Notes: generated from the sequence alone by a model not told the origin. Shown: positions 17,632 to 27,127, counted from the first letter of the stretch. The stretch is DNA of 40,847 nucleotides from an uncultured Nitrospiraceae bacterium (GCA_964558725.1 CAZLFE010000005.1:1-40847); one strand, 5' to 3'. Program-made: numbers and translations.

Positions 17632-18503
17632 ATCTTCTCCGCTGCCCTGAGTTTCGCACTCCTTGAAGAAGGATTTGATCTGAGCTCTCCAGGTCCAGGG
17701 GTCATAGGTTTTTTTGTCATTACCCTGAGCAATCCTCTTTTTGAACTCTCGACCATAAATTTTTTTACCATCCTGTCTTCGAGTGAATGGTAAGAGATAA
17801 TGCACAACCTTCCACCCTTTTTCAGAAGCCTTACAGAAGAATCGAGCCCTATCCTCAGTTCGTCAAGCTCTTTATTTACCTCTATCCGTAATGCTTGGAA
17901 TGTTTTCGTTGCAGGATGAACTCTTCCTCTTCTCCGATACAATCTTTCTACAATCTCTGATAGTTCAGAACAGATATCAATTGGTTTAACCCTCCTCTTT
18001 CTGACTATCGCCTCTGATATCTTTCTAGATAGACGTTCTTCGCCGAATTCTCGGAGTATTCTTTCAAGTTCCTTCTCAGAATACCTGTTCACGACATCCC
18101 ATGCAGACAACTCCTGTTCCCTATCCATTCTCATGTCCAGACGTTTATCCGAGGTAAAACTCAATCCCCTCTCAGGATCTTTCAGTTGTATCATGGAGAT
18201 ACCGAGGTCGAAAAGGATACCGTCGACTTCGGAGATTCCATCCATATGAAGCAAGCTCTCCATATCTGAAAATTTCCCTTTCTTTAGGACAACCCTTTTA
18301 TCTGGCAATCTCTTTTGAGCTACTCTCAAGGCTTTATCGTCCCGATCAATGCCTATGAGCTTCCCCCCTGAGCCTATCAACTTTAATATCTCTTCTGAGT
18401 GTCCCCCAGGACCAATCGTTGCATCTACATATATTCTACCCGGTATAGGGTTAAGAACCTCAATCGCCTCTTTCACCATAACCGGGAGATGAACAATCTC
18501 CAC
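17628..18503 (-). CDS. rsmH: 16S rRNA (cytosine1402-N4)-methyltransferase
   Basis: HLPVMVKE, DATIGPGGHS, FDLGISMIQL and SYHSLEDR blocks. Second gene of the dcw cluster. Confidence 0.95.
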   Translation of the reverse strand: MEIVHLPVMVKEAIEVLNPIPGRIYVDATIGPGGHSEEILKLIGSGGKLIGIDRDDKALRVAQKRLPDKRVVLKKGKFSDMESLLHMDGISEVDGILFDLGISMIQLKDPERGLSFTSDKRLDMRMDREQELSAWDVVNRYSEKELERILREFGEERLSRKISEAIVRKRRVKPIDICSELSEIVERLYRRRGRVHPATKTFQALRIEVNKELDELRIGLDSSVRLLKKGGRLCIISYHSLEDRMVKKFMVESSKRGLLRVMTKKPMTPGPGELRSNPSSRSAKLRAAEKI

Positions 18504-18524
18504 AGTCAGTCCCCGCTATTGTTT

Positions 18525-18977
18525 CTAAATGCCGTAGGTTGTCAGTTTTTCTTCGATAGATTTCCGATCTATCTTTGCTGAGTCAAGAAGGGTATTCCAT
18601 TCATCCCTGTCCCAGAGCTCAATCTTTTCGACCTGACCTGCTATAACCACATCACCGTTAATATTTGCATCTTCCCTGAGGGCTGCTGGGATCAGGATCC
18701 TACCCTGTTTATCAATCTCCACCTCAACAGCAGAGGCAATAACCCTTCTCATAAAAAATCTGATAGCCTCATCGGATCTTGGCTTTGTCCGAACCTGCTC
18801 CTGGAGCTTATTCCACTCCTCAAATGGGTAGATACAAAGGCATCGTTCAAAGGGAGCATTAGTGACATACATTTTTGTGTTATAATTACTGGTAATGATT
18901 TCTCTAAAAGGAGCAGGAATAATGATTCTCCCTTTTGGGTCAACGGTGTAATAGTATTTCCCAGAGAAAGATGACAA
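18525..18977 (-). CDS. mraZ: transcriptional regulator MraZ
   Basis: Two SpoVT/AbrB-like halves with DPKGRIIIP and DKQGRILIP. I place the start at TTG 18977, which is preceded by GGAGGA at a 5-nt spacing. The longer track ORF (to 19040) would run over the promoter. Confidence 0.9.
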   Translation of the reverse strand: MSSFSGKYYYTVDPKGRIIIPAPFREIITSNYNTKMYVTNAPFERCLCIYPFEEWNKLQEQVRTKPRSDEAIRFFMRRVIASAVEVEIDKQGRILIPAALREDANINGDVVIAGQVEKIELWDRDEWNTLLDSAKIDRKSIEEKLTTYGI

Positions 18978-18985
18978 ATTTTTCC

Positions 18986-19010
18986 TCCACTTTCTACCAC
19001 TTTTTACCAC
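18986..19010 (-). promoter_or_regulatory. three direct GTGG(T/A) boxes at exact 10-bp spacing; candidate MraZ operator
   Basis: Minus strand reads GTGGT aaaaa GTGGT agaaa GTGGA (plus-strand CCAC at 18987-90, 18997-19000 and 19007-10). They lie between the predicted -10 and the mraZ RBS, and the third box overlaps the RBS. Confidence 0.6.
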
Positions 19011-19011
19011 A

Positions 19012-19040
19012 ATATTATTGAGACAAAAAACAAATGTCAA
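19012..19040 (-). promoter_or_regulatory. sigma70-like promoter of the dcw operon (Pmra)
   Basis: Minus strand: TTGACA (19040-19035), a 17-nt spacer, then TAATAT (19017-19012). Confidence 0.5.
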
Positions 19041-19294
19041 GAAAAAAATTACAACTCCTATATCCTGTATGTCAGATACAAAGGTATAGCTATATATTGA
19101 GAACTCTCTGAGCCCTTCATCTCGAATTGCATGAAAGTATTGTGTAGATTCTGGGGGATCAGAGAAAAAGCGTAAATGGGTGCTCTCTCTTTTTTTTAAA
19201 AAATGAAAATTTCGTTATCATCAAGTTTTCATTGGATACCGGAGTAGAGCATAAACTGGCATAAACATTTCTCTATGGGGATTGAATTTTTGGC

Positions 19295-19323
19295 TTGACA
19301 AAAGGATTTCTTCTTGATACTGT
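19295..19323 (+). promoter_or_regulatory. sigma70-like promoter for hup with an extended -10
   Basis: TTGACA (19295-19300), a 17-nt spacer ending in TGa, then TACTGT (19318-19323). About 45 nt upstream of the hup ATG. Confidence 0.45.
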
Positions 19324-19370
19324 TAATCTCAACTTCTTAAAAACTCTGTATATGAAAGGGGGGAAGACAA

Positions 19371-19643
19371 ATGACAAAAGCGGAGCTTATTGATAAGGTT
19401 GCCTCAGGTGCGGGATTAAGTAAGGTAGATGCATCAAAGGCACTGGATACTACTTTAAACTCCATAAAGGGTGCCTTAAAGAAAGGGCAAAAGGTTACTC
19501 TCGTTGGATTTGGGACTTTCGCTGTTGTGAAGAGGAAATCCAGGAAAGGCCGTAATCCCAGAACAGGAGATGTTATCACAATACCTGCTGCAAAGATCCC
19601 GAAGTTTTCATCTGGCAAGGCACTCAAAGACGCAGTACGATAA
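19371..19643 (+). CDS. hup: DNA-binding protein HU
   Basis: 90 aa. Typical HU/IHF blocks (MTKAELI, GFGTF, RKGRNPRTGD..I.IPA). G-rich RBS upstream. Confidence 0.95.
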   Translation: MTKAELIDKVASGAGLSKVDASKALDTTLNSIKGALKKGQKVTLVGFGTFAVVKRKSRKGRNPRTGDVITIPAAKIPKFSSGKALKDAVR

Positions 19644-19673
19644 ACTTTGTGTAATTTTATCTTAAGAATAAGG

Positions 19674-19700
19674 AAAAGGGGCATACCGCCCCTTTTCTTG
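19674..19700 (+). terminator. rho-independent terminator of hup
   Basis: AAAAGGGGC (19674-19682), loop ATACC, GCCCCTTTT (19688-19696), running into a T-rich tail. Confidence 0.8.
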
Positions 19701-19764
19701 TCTGTACCTACTTGCTAACCTTAGCGTATAAACACACTTTGGGAAATCAAGAAAGGAGGGGGTT

Positions 19765-20070
19765 ATGCTTGTCGAGCTCAGTATTGTTCCTATCGGTGTT
19801 GGCAGCAGCATCGGTGACCAGCTTGCTGAAGTTTTAAAGATAATTGATGCAAGCGGTCTTCCGTATAAGGTTAATCCTATGGGCACTGTTATCGAAGGTG
19901 AATGGGATGAAATAATGAAGCTTATCAAGAAATGCCATGAGGCTGTCATGAAAACTGGCGAGAGAGCGCTAACAACGATCATCATCGACGACAGGAAGGG
20001 AAAGCCAAACAGAATAGAGGAGAAGGTAATATCTATCGAGAGAAGGATTGGAAAATCTCTTAAGAAATAA
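19765..20070 (+). CDS. MTH1187/YkoF-family (UPF0045) small protein
   Basis: 101 aa. Starts MLVELSIVPIG... and contains NPMGTVIEGEWDE, both characteristic of this family. GGAGGGGG RBS. Confidence 0.8.
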   Translation: MLVELSIVPIGVGSSIGDQLAEVLKIIDASGLPYKVNPMGTVIEGEWDEIMKLIKKCHEAVMKTGERALTTIIIDDRKGKPNRIEEKVISIERRIGKSLKK

Positions 20071-20077
20071 AGGGAGG

Positions 20078-20102
20078 ATCGATGGCCATTTGAACCATCG
20101 AT
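20078..20102. terminator. 8-bp hairpin between convergent genes
   Basis: ATCGATGG (20078-20085), a 9-nt loop, then CCATCGAT (20095-20102). No strong T-tract. Confidence 0.3.
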
Positions 20103-20190
20103 TAGGATTTGAAGACCTTGAATATACAACAATGCCACAACTTATGAAGAAACTCGAAAAGAGATTTGAAACTGAATAAATTGAGAAGGA

Positions 20191-22809
20191 TTATCTTTCT
20201 GTAAGCTTTGTTGATAGTGCCCTTACAAATCTCTCCTCGTCTTCCCGCGACTTGAGATGACCTCTCAGTTTTTCTTCGAGGAGTTCTTTGAGAATTCTCG
20301 AATAGATAGGCCCTGGCTTCACACCCATCTTTTTCAGGTCTTCTCCCTTGAGAACTGTTTTTGCTTTCCTTAACTCTGTCAGATACTGAGATATTACCTT
20401 CTGTTTCTGCCTCTCCTTGCTTATTGCCATCGACAGCAGAATTGTTTCGATCCTGAGTTTGCTCAGGAGGTTATATGTCTCCACAGGATCATTAAGCGGA
20501 AGTCTTTTCAGAACTTCCCTTGCTTGAGGTATCCCCCTGATAATCATGTCCTTGATTTTTGGGGATGGTGATAACCGTTCTATAGCGGCCTTTACCTCTT
20601 CATCCTTCAATCCTGACAACATGGCCATGAGATATAAAATTCCCCTGTCTATTTTTTCTTCAAGGAAGAGCAGATTAAACCATGAGAGGGTTTCATGCAT
20701 TGATTTCATGGTTGTCTCAAGTTCCTCATTGAATATGAAGTTTGGGTATATAACCTGTAAGAGGCCGAGATCTGACAGTCTCTTGAGTGTCCTGCTCGGT
20801 TCAGTCTCTTGAAACAGGAGCAGGAGTTCTTCATACAGTCTCGGTCCTGAAAGCATTTCGAAGAGATTCATCTTTATTGCTGACTTTATGAGATTCTCTG
20901 TATGTTTACTGATTCTAAATCCGAACCTTTCAGAAAATCTGATTGCCCTGAACGCCCTTGTCGGATCTTCAATAAAGCTAAGGTTGTGGAGGACCCTGAT
21001 TGTTTTTTCTCGTAAATCACGCTGGCCTCCAAAAAAATCTATCAGAAGCCCGAAGTCCTTTAAATTTAATTTTACTGCTAAGGTGTTGATGGTAAAGTCT
21101 CTCCTGTACAGGTCTTTCTTGATTGATGATGCCTCGACCTTTGGAAGCACTGCAGGTGACTCATAGTATTCAGTTCTGGCTGTTGCTACATCGAGCTTTA
21201 GTTTATCTGTAATTACCTGAGCAGTGTTAAACCTCTCGTGTGTTTTTACCCGTGCACCCAGTCTTTTACCTAATGCCTTTGCAAAGGGAATTCCATCACC
21301 CTCGATGACAATATCAATGTCAAGATTTTCCTCACCCCTCAAAAGATCCCTCACCGTTCCTCCAACGAGATAGGCATCGAAACCTGCTTCCTCTGCAATC
21401 TCACCAGAAAGTTTGAGAATGTGATAGATCTCTGAAGGAAACCTATCTTTCAGTAAAGAAGAGAGGCTTCTTCCCATAGATGGTTTTTCTTTTATCACCG
21501 TTTTTTCTATCTTCCTGCGCCTGAGGAACTCCTCATAAAGAGTCCTCAGCAGGTCTGTTCTTGTGATTGCACCGATAATCTTACCATTCTCTATAACAGG
21601 CATAAACCTCTGGTTTTGTTCTATCATTAACGTCTCTATCTCTCTGATCGGTGCATTTGGGCCAACAGTTATGGCATCAGTTGTGGCAAAATCAATTGAT
21701 CTGCTTTTCCCAAAACCATGGAAGATGGCCTTCTCCACGATCTCTCGTGATATAAGACCAGTATACTTTTCCTCTCTCAAGACTGGCAGGACATTGACCC
21801 CATAACGGGTCATCATTTCCTCTGCTTCTTTGATAGAGATGTCCCACTGGATAGTGATAACGGGACTCGTCATTACATCAGAAGCAACTTTGAAGGGCTT
21901 TACATTATTTCTAAGTAGTTCTGTCAATCTTTCCTCAAGGACTTCTAGGGATGCCTCTTTTATTGTGGCAGAGGCTGCTGTAGGATGGCCCCCACCTCCA
22001 AATTCTTTCATCACCTTTGATACGTTGAGCTCCGGAACCCTGCTCCTTGCGACCATCAATATCTTTCCTTCCATGCTCAGCAGTAATAACACAGCATCAA
22101 TATCTTCAATATCCATCAGCCTGTGGGCAAGGTAAGCTGCGTCTCCGTGGTAGTTTTCACGGGAAGCCTTTGCCACTTTTATTCTTATCCCTCCTATCAC
22201 CATCTCTTTTGATGACTGAACAAGCTCATTCAGGAGGTCAAGTTCTTCCATGCTCAATTCCATTTTTAGAAAGCTCGAGACAATATTAAGGTTTGCACCT
22301 CTTCTCAGGAGATACGAAGCAGCAAGTAAGTCCCTCTCCGTCGTAGAAGGAAAAAGCAGGCACCCTGTCTCTTCATATATGCCTAAGGTGAGTATTGTGG
22401 CCTCTATTGGTGTCAGATGTATTTTTCTGGTTTTCAGTATCTCTGTAAGGATGGTTGCTGTTGCCCCGACAGTTTCGATCTTCTCAACATCTCCCCGTAT
22501 ATCGCCTTCATTGAAAGGGTGATGGTCATAGATGTGTATCTTTATCCCTTTTTGAGAAAGTAGTTCAGCAAAAGGTCCTATCCTACTTGGTATTTTTGTG
22601 TCAACGATGATGAGCCTTGTAACTTTTGAAAGGTCAATGTCTTTAATCCGCTTTATCTCTACTGGGTGAAAGGTCTCCATGAAGTCTCTCAGTTTCTTTT
22701 CCTGTGAACCTGGAAAGACCATCTTTGCTTCAGGATACAACTTATTGGCAGCCACCATTGATGCAAGAGAATCAAAGTCAGCATTTATGTGGGAGGTAAT
22801 GATATCCAC
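20191..22809 (-). CDS. multidomain DHH phosphoesterase - CBS pair - poly(A) polymerase/CCA-adding-type nucleotidyltransferase
   Basis: N-terminal DHH family motifs (HINADFDSLAS, IYDHHP, GGGGHPTAAS). Two CBS repeats. Then the PolA-head block YLVGGTVRDLL..DIDIV and RRDFTINTLA. Confidence 0.88.
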   Translation of the reverse strand: MDIITSHINADFDSLASMVAANKLYPEAKMVFPGSQEKKLRDFMETFHPVEIKRIKDIDLSKVTRLIIVDTKIPSRIGPFAELLSQKGIKIHIYDHHPFNEGDIRGDVEKIETVGATATILTEILKTRKIHLTPIEATILTLGIYEETGCLLFPSTTERDLLAASYLLRRGANLNIVSSFLKMELSMEELDLLNELVQSSKEMVIGGIRIKVAKASRENYHGDAAYLAHRLMDIEDIDAVLLLLSMEGKILMVARSRVPELNVSKVMKEFGGGGHPTAASATIKEASLEVLEERLTELLRNNVKPFKVASDVMTSPVITIQWDISIKEAEEMMTRYGVNVLPVLREEKYTGLISREIVEKAIFHGFGKSRSIDFATTDAITVGPNAPIREIETLMIEQNQRFMPVIENGKIIGAITRTDLLRTLYEEFLRRRKIEKTVIKEKPSMGRSLSSLLKDRFPSEIYHILKLSGEIAEEAGFDAYLVGGTVRDLLRGEENLDIDIVIEGDGIPFAKALGKRLGARVKTHERFNTAQVITDKLKLDVATARTEYYESPAVLPKVEASSIKKDLYRRDFTINTLAVKLNLKDFGLLIDFFGGQRDLREKTIRVLHNLSFIEDPTRAFRAIRFSERFGFRISKHTENLIKSAIKMNLFEMLSGPRLYEELLLLFQETEPSRTLKRLSDLGLLQVIYPNFIFNEELETTMKSMHETLSWFNLLFLEEKIDRGILYLMAMLSGLKDEEVKAAIERLSPSPKIKDMIIRGIPQAREVLKRLPLNDPVETYNLLSKLRIETILLSMAISKERQKQKVISQYLTELRKAKTVLKGEDLKKMGVKPGPIYSRILKELLEEKLRGHLKSREDEERFVRALSTKLTER

Positions 22810-22900
22810 AATTTATTTTAACAGATAGAATGGGAGAAACGTGATGCGAACCTAGTATTATTTATGGTTTTCCTCTCAAAGATTGCAAAAAAGGATTCAT

Positions 22901-22968
22901 GGGGTCAAGGATTCAAGTGAATACTTTATTAAAAAACTTGAACCCACAACCCTCGAATCCTTGACCCC
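22901..22968. repeat. 68-nt hairpin element with a 14-bp perfect stem; possible terminator of the upstream GGDEF gene or a REP/MITE-like unit
   Basis: GGGGTCAAGGATTC (22901-22914) pairs with GAATCCTTGACCCC (22955-22968). An inner alternative pair TTCAAGT/ACTTGAA exists. On the minus strand a T6 run follows 8 nt after the stem. Confidence 0.5.
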
Positions 22969-23004
22969 TATTACATTATTAAGTGAATCCGAGATGAATT
23001 TTCT

Positions 23005-24417
23005 TTATAAGGAGGGATATATAGCAATCTGATCCCGCCCCTTTTTCTTAGCAGTAAAGAGGGCGTCGTCAGCAAAAGTAATGAGGTTATCAGGGTTTTT
23101 AATCCTTGTATCAGAACTGCAGGCTATTCCCACACTCACGGTAATTTTTTCCCCATTCTTGAGGGCATAAAACTGATATTTCTTTACTATTTTACTCAAC
23201 CGCTCTGCCTCTGCTAAAGATCCTGTTAAAGATGTCTGAGGCAGGAGCATTATGAACTCTTCACCACCATATCGTGCAAAGACATCAGATTTCCTCGTAT
23301 GTTCTCTCACGAGCTGTGCAAGTTCTCTGAGGATGATATCTCCCACTCTGTGACCATACGTATCATTGATATGTTTAAAATTGTCGATATCGAACATCAT
23401 GCAACATAAAGGGATTCTGTGTCTTTCAGCCCTGCTGAATTCCTCTTCAAGTCTGTTGTAGAAATACCTCACATTGTAGACTCCTGTCAGGTAGTCAGTT
23501 ATCGCAAGCCTTTCGAGGTCTCTCTTTTCTCTCTCAATTTTATCATAGAGAAAGGCATTATAAAGGGTATTTGCCGATGCGCTGGCAATAGCAGCACAGA
23601 GCTTTCTCTCTCTTTCTGTAAAGGTTCGTTCTGCCTTTGCTATATTCAGCAGTAAAGTACCTATTACCTCATCATGGAATATTACTGGTAGCACCATAAT
23701 AGAACGAATGCCCATAGGTTCTATGATATCCTTTACCTCATTCATCATGGGATCTGTCAGTGCATCTTTTACCAGTACTGATCTTTTGAGGGATAAGGCT
23801 TTCCTTATCTCAGGATATTTCTGGAGGTCAAGCCTGATGTTTGTAATGTTAGGATCTTCAAAGGTTGAAACAACATTTGCATATCTCTTATCCTTGGCAT
23901 CTATGCTGATCATCGAACATCTCGTTACTTTTATTATCTCTGATAATTTCTTTACCACGAGATAGAGTGCCTTTCTCGGGTCGAGGGTTGATGTAATAAA
24001 GTGTGTAAGTTCGATCATGGCCTCAAGATCTTTATTTTCCTTATGAAGGGTCTCTATCCAACTCTTTCTCTTTATCGCAACCCTTAGCCTGTCTTCAAGG
24101 TCTTCCTTATAGAAGGGAGCAAGTAAATAATACTCCACGCCCGATTTGACCACAGAGCGAATCCCGTTAACGGCGTTACCGGATGTTACAAGGGCTATGA
24201 CAGGAAATTCAAACTCTAAAGGCTTTATATCGTCAAGAGCATTGGGGCTACCAATGATAAGGGCAGCAGGTTTTTTCCTCTCCAATTCCTTCCTTAAGCC
24301 CTCTTTATCGGTTTTATTGATAAAGCAGGCTGTATAATCATTCCTTCCTCTAAAGAAGGACTTCAGGAATTTCAGGACTTCTTTGTCATCTTCGTAAATG
24401 AGTATTTCCCTTTTCAT
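23005..24417 (-). CDS. diguanylate cyclase: degenerate receiver-like N-terminus - GAF - GGDEF
   Basis: GGEEF active site (RYGGEEF) with an RxxD I-site (RKSD). GAF-like middle region. The N-terminal REC-like fold has no obvious phospho-Asp (AALIIGSPN where D is expected). Confidence 0.9.
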   Translation of the reverse strand: MKREILIYEDDKEVLKFLKSFFRGRNDYTACFINKTDKEGLRKELERKKPAALIIGSPNALDDIKPLEFEFPVIALVTSGNAVNGIRSVVKSGVEYYLLAPFYKEDLEDRLRVAIKRKSWIETLHKENKDLEAMIELTHFITSTLDPRKALYLVVKKLSEIIKVTRCSMISIDAKDKRYANVVSTFEDPNITNIRLDLQKYPEIRKALSLKRSVLVKDALTDPMMNEVKDIIEPMGIRSIMVLPVIFHDEVIGTLLLNIAKAERTFTERERKLCAAIASASANTLYNAFLYDKIEREKRDLERLAITDYLTGVYNVRYFYNRLEEEFSRAERHRIPLCCMMFDIDNFKHINDTYGHRVGDIILRELAQLVREHTRKSDVFARYGGEEFIMLLPQTSLTGSLAEAERLSKIVKKYQFYALKNGEKITVSVGIACSSDTRIKNPDNLITFADDALFTAKKKGRDQIAIYPSL

Positions 24418-24721
24418 CTTATCTCACTTGAAATTATCACAGATTTTCTTACGTTTGTCCAATAGATTTTTTCATTTAGGCCTCCCTTTTTCTGTGATAA
24501 GCATCACCATGACCTCTCGCAAACTCTTTTTCGGTGTCCTGCCAATTAGCCTTCTATGTTATTCCATTGGACTCTAAGGACCTTAAACTTAAGGGAGAGA
24601 TATAAAATATCTTGATTTTTGATTGGTAGTAAAAGTAAATTAATTTATCCAATCCAAAAAATAATCCGACGACATTATAAGTGAGATAATCAAAAATATT
24701 ATTGAAAAGAAGGAGGAAAGA

Positions 24722-24955
24722 ATGGAAGACATGGATAGGTATAATGAGATCAACAAGCACATAGCCTGTGTAGAAACCTTTTTTGATGTGTTTAATGTTG
24801 TTGCAAAACATGGTTTATTAGGAGAGGTAAAGAACACCTCAGTCAGTTATCTTCTCATGGAAATGGGCGAGAGATTGGAAGCGATCAAGAAGTTGAATAA
24901 AGAAACATATGACAGATTACAAGAGATAAAGAGATTGACAGGGGTAACGAGCTAA
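24722..24955 (+). CDS. hypothetical 77-aa protein
   Basis: ATG preceded by AGGAGG (24711-24716) at a 5-nt spacing. Helical, charged composition. I recognise no family. Confidence 0.55.
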   Translation: MEDMDRYNEINKHIACVETFFDVFNVVAKHGLLGEVKNTSVSYLLMEMGERLEAIKKLNKETYDRLQEIKRLTGVTS

Positions 24956-25075
24956 ACAGAGTTAGCTCTGACGCATAGCTTAATCACATTGGAATTTGTC
25001 TGTTCAATGAATTATATCGGGGATAGAGAGAATTCCAAAACAATCATTTGAATTAGGTGTCTGAAATTTCATAGC

Positions 25076-27127
25076 TTGAGGAGTCTCACGAATTTTGGAT
25101 ATGAGATTGAGGGAATGTCTGTAAATCCGGGATTTTTTGATGTCCAATTATTGTCATTAGTACGGGATTCAGTCTCGGAAATAACCGACCTATCCTTTGC
25201 CATCTATGACTGCAATGGTGTTTTGTTGATCCCACCGAAAAGTGAAGATAAATTGACTGTCCAAATAAAATCTTATATTAAAAAGGAATTCGAAGAGTTT
25301 ATTCGTGATGGGATAGAAAAGGCAGCCATGAGAAGGGATCCCTTCCTGCACAAGGGTCCTGCCAGCGAGTACCACCTTTTTATGTCTGCGGGCGTCGACG
25401 ACCTTAAACTCGTTTTTGTCAGCAATGCATTCTATCCTTCAAGAACTGAATTCGAAGATTTTTTGATCAAACATGGGGAGCGTCTGGGCCTTTTACCATC
25501 TCACCTTGAATTGTGGCTAAAGGCAGTTAAGATGAAAGATTTTCAAACAGTTGAGAAAATGGCAGCACAGATTAAACCTCTATTCGAGACTTTTTTACAG
25601 TGCAGTTATGAGAAGAATTTAAACTACAAGGGCTACAGGTGGTCTAAAACGTTAATCGATGTCGTGTTTAGCATTCAATTGCCTGTTACAACGGAAGAGG
25701 TCTATTCATTGATCCTTGATGTAATCCTGTTTCTCTTCAACGTGGAAACAGTTTCGATCATGGTTAAAGAAAAGGACGTCTTTAAGACCTTGATGTCTTC
25801 AGGAAGGCTACGAAGTGATGTGAAGTTTCTCTGCCTTGAAAATCGCAACCCCATGATTTCTCAATCCATAGAAGGTTGTAAGCCAGTATACATAAATGAT
25901 GTCGTGGAAATCCTGAGATTCGGTTTCCCGGGCACTATAACATCGATGTATATTTTTCCGCTCTCGCACAATAGCAGCACGTATGGCTTGGTAGTCATAT
26001 ATAATTCTGTCATCTCAGCGGAAGAATCCCTTAGTATTTTAGAGTTCTGCAAACTTGTGTCTCTTGTCCTTAAAAACCTCACTCTTCAAAATGCATACGA
26101 TAAATGTATTGATGATATGGAAATATTGAACATAGCATCAACAAAATTAACCCTCCAACTTCACAATCCTGAAGCCCTTCACGAAGCAATTCTGGATACA
26201 GCTACAAAGCTTCTTAAGGCAGAAAAGGGCTCTCTTATGTTATTTGAGGGTGATAGCCTTGTAATAAAGGTCGTAAAGGGTATTAACAGGTTGCTTGTGC
26301 AGGACACAAGGATAAAGAGAGGGGAGGGGATTGCAGGGAAAGTATTCAGGGATGGCAAGCCCCTTTTTATAAGGGATTTTGAAGAGATGGAACTACTGGA
26401 TATCAAGCCTAAAAGCCGTTATAGAACAGGTTCTTTTATGAGTGTGCCGCTCATATTTGGTTCTGAGACGATAGGCATTCTCAATATCTCGGACAAAATA
26501 ACAGGAGAGAGGTTTACAGAGAGTGATCTCAATTTGATTAACCGTTTTGCATCCTCTGCTTCGATCACCTTGAAGATATTCAATTATTATAATCTCGTTG
26601 AGCAGATGAAGGAACTCTCTATCACCGACCCTCTCACCGGGATCTTTAACAGACGGTTTCTCCGGCAGCGGTTTATAGAGGAAATACATCGCTCAGAACG
26701 TTATGACACCATCTTTTCTCTGGCGATATTTGACATAGATGATTTCAAGCTTTTCAATGATACAGAAGGACATCTTGCAGGGGATAGTGTTTTGAAGGAA
26801 CTTGCCCGCATAGCCCGGAGGTGTATAAGGGTAAATGATATCTTATCCAGATTTGGAGGAGAAGAATTTGCCATTCTCATGCCACAGACAAATAAAGAGG
26901 AGGCATTTTTGGTTGCAGAAAGGATAAGGAAAAGCATCAGGGAGTCTTCTATGTACAAATGGGAAAAATTTCCTCGTTCTACCATAACCGTGAGCATGGG
27001 CATAACCTCCTTCCCTCATAACGGCAAAAGCATCGATGAGCTGATAAAACATGCGGACATAGCCCTTTATAAAGCAAAGTCCATGGGAAAAGACAGAACC
27101 GTTGTTTACAGTGATCAAAACGCATAG
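25076..27127 (+). CDS. diguanylate cyclase: unknown N-terminal domain - GAF x2 - GGDEF
   Basis: RFGGEEF with the RVND I-site. GAF-like segments. The track start is TTG 25076; ATG at 25115 is an alternative. Confidence 0.9.
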   Translation: MRSLTNFGYEIEGMSVNPGFFDVQLLSLVRDSVSEITDLSFAIYDCNGVLLIPPKSEDKLTVQIKSYIKKEFEEFIRDGIEKAAMRRDPFLHKGPASEYHLFMSAGVDDLKLVFVSNAFYPSRTEFEDFLIKHGERLGLLPSHLELWLKAVKMKDFQTVEKMAAQIKPLFETFLQCSYEKNLNYKGYRWSKTLIDVVFSIQLPVTTEEVYSLILDVILFLFNVETVSIMVKEKDVFKTLMSSGRLRSDVKFLCLENRNPMISQSIEGCKPVYINDVVEILRFGFPGTITSMYIFPLSHNSSTYGLVVIYNSVISAEESLSILEFCKLVSLVLKNLTLQNAYDKCIDDMEILNIASTKLTLQLHNPEALHEAILDTATKLLKAEKGSLMLFEGDSLVIKVVKGINRLLVQDTRIKRGEGIAGKVFRDGKPLFIRDFEEMELLDIKPKSRYRTGSFMSVPLIFGSETIGILNISDKITGERFTESDLNLINRFASSASITLKIFNYYNLVEQMKELSITDPLTGIFNRRFLRQRFIEEIHRSERYDTIFSLAIFDIDDFKLFNDTEGHLAGDSVLKELARIARRCIRVNDILSRFGGEEFAILMPQTNKEEAFLVAERIRKSIRESSMYKWEKFPRSTITVSMGITSFPHNGKSIDELIKHADIALYKAKSMGKDRTVVYSDQNA

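Noticed and set aside
17632-17805. N-terminal extensions of track ORFs: ftsL to 17805, mraZ to 19040, fabG to 38369, polX to 40414
   Set aside because: The extensions overlap upstream genes or promoters and add non-conserved residues. In each case an internal start fits better: an RBS for mraZ, an ATGA overlap with rsmH for ftsL, and alignment with the conserved N-terminus of the family for fabG and polX.
22901-22968. tRNA-like look: 7-nt complementary ends GGGGTCA/TGACCCC and a TCGAATCC string resembling a T-loop
   Set aside because: It folds as one continuous 14-bp hairpin. It is only 68 nt long, has no D arm, anticodon arm or real T arm, and has no CCA or discriminator context.
24419-24689. 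Outward-facing 9-nt copies of the cassette repeat core: TTATCTCAC at 24419-24427 (next to the cyclase ATG) and GTGAGATAA at 24681-24689
   Set aside because: Only the 9-nt core matches, without the GGGG/CCCC part. The orientation is opposite to that bounding a cassette, and the interior shows no GIY-YIG remnant. I cannot separate this from chance without genome-wide counts.
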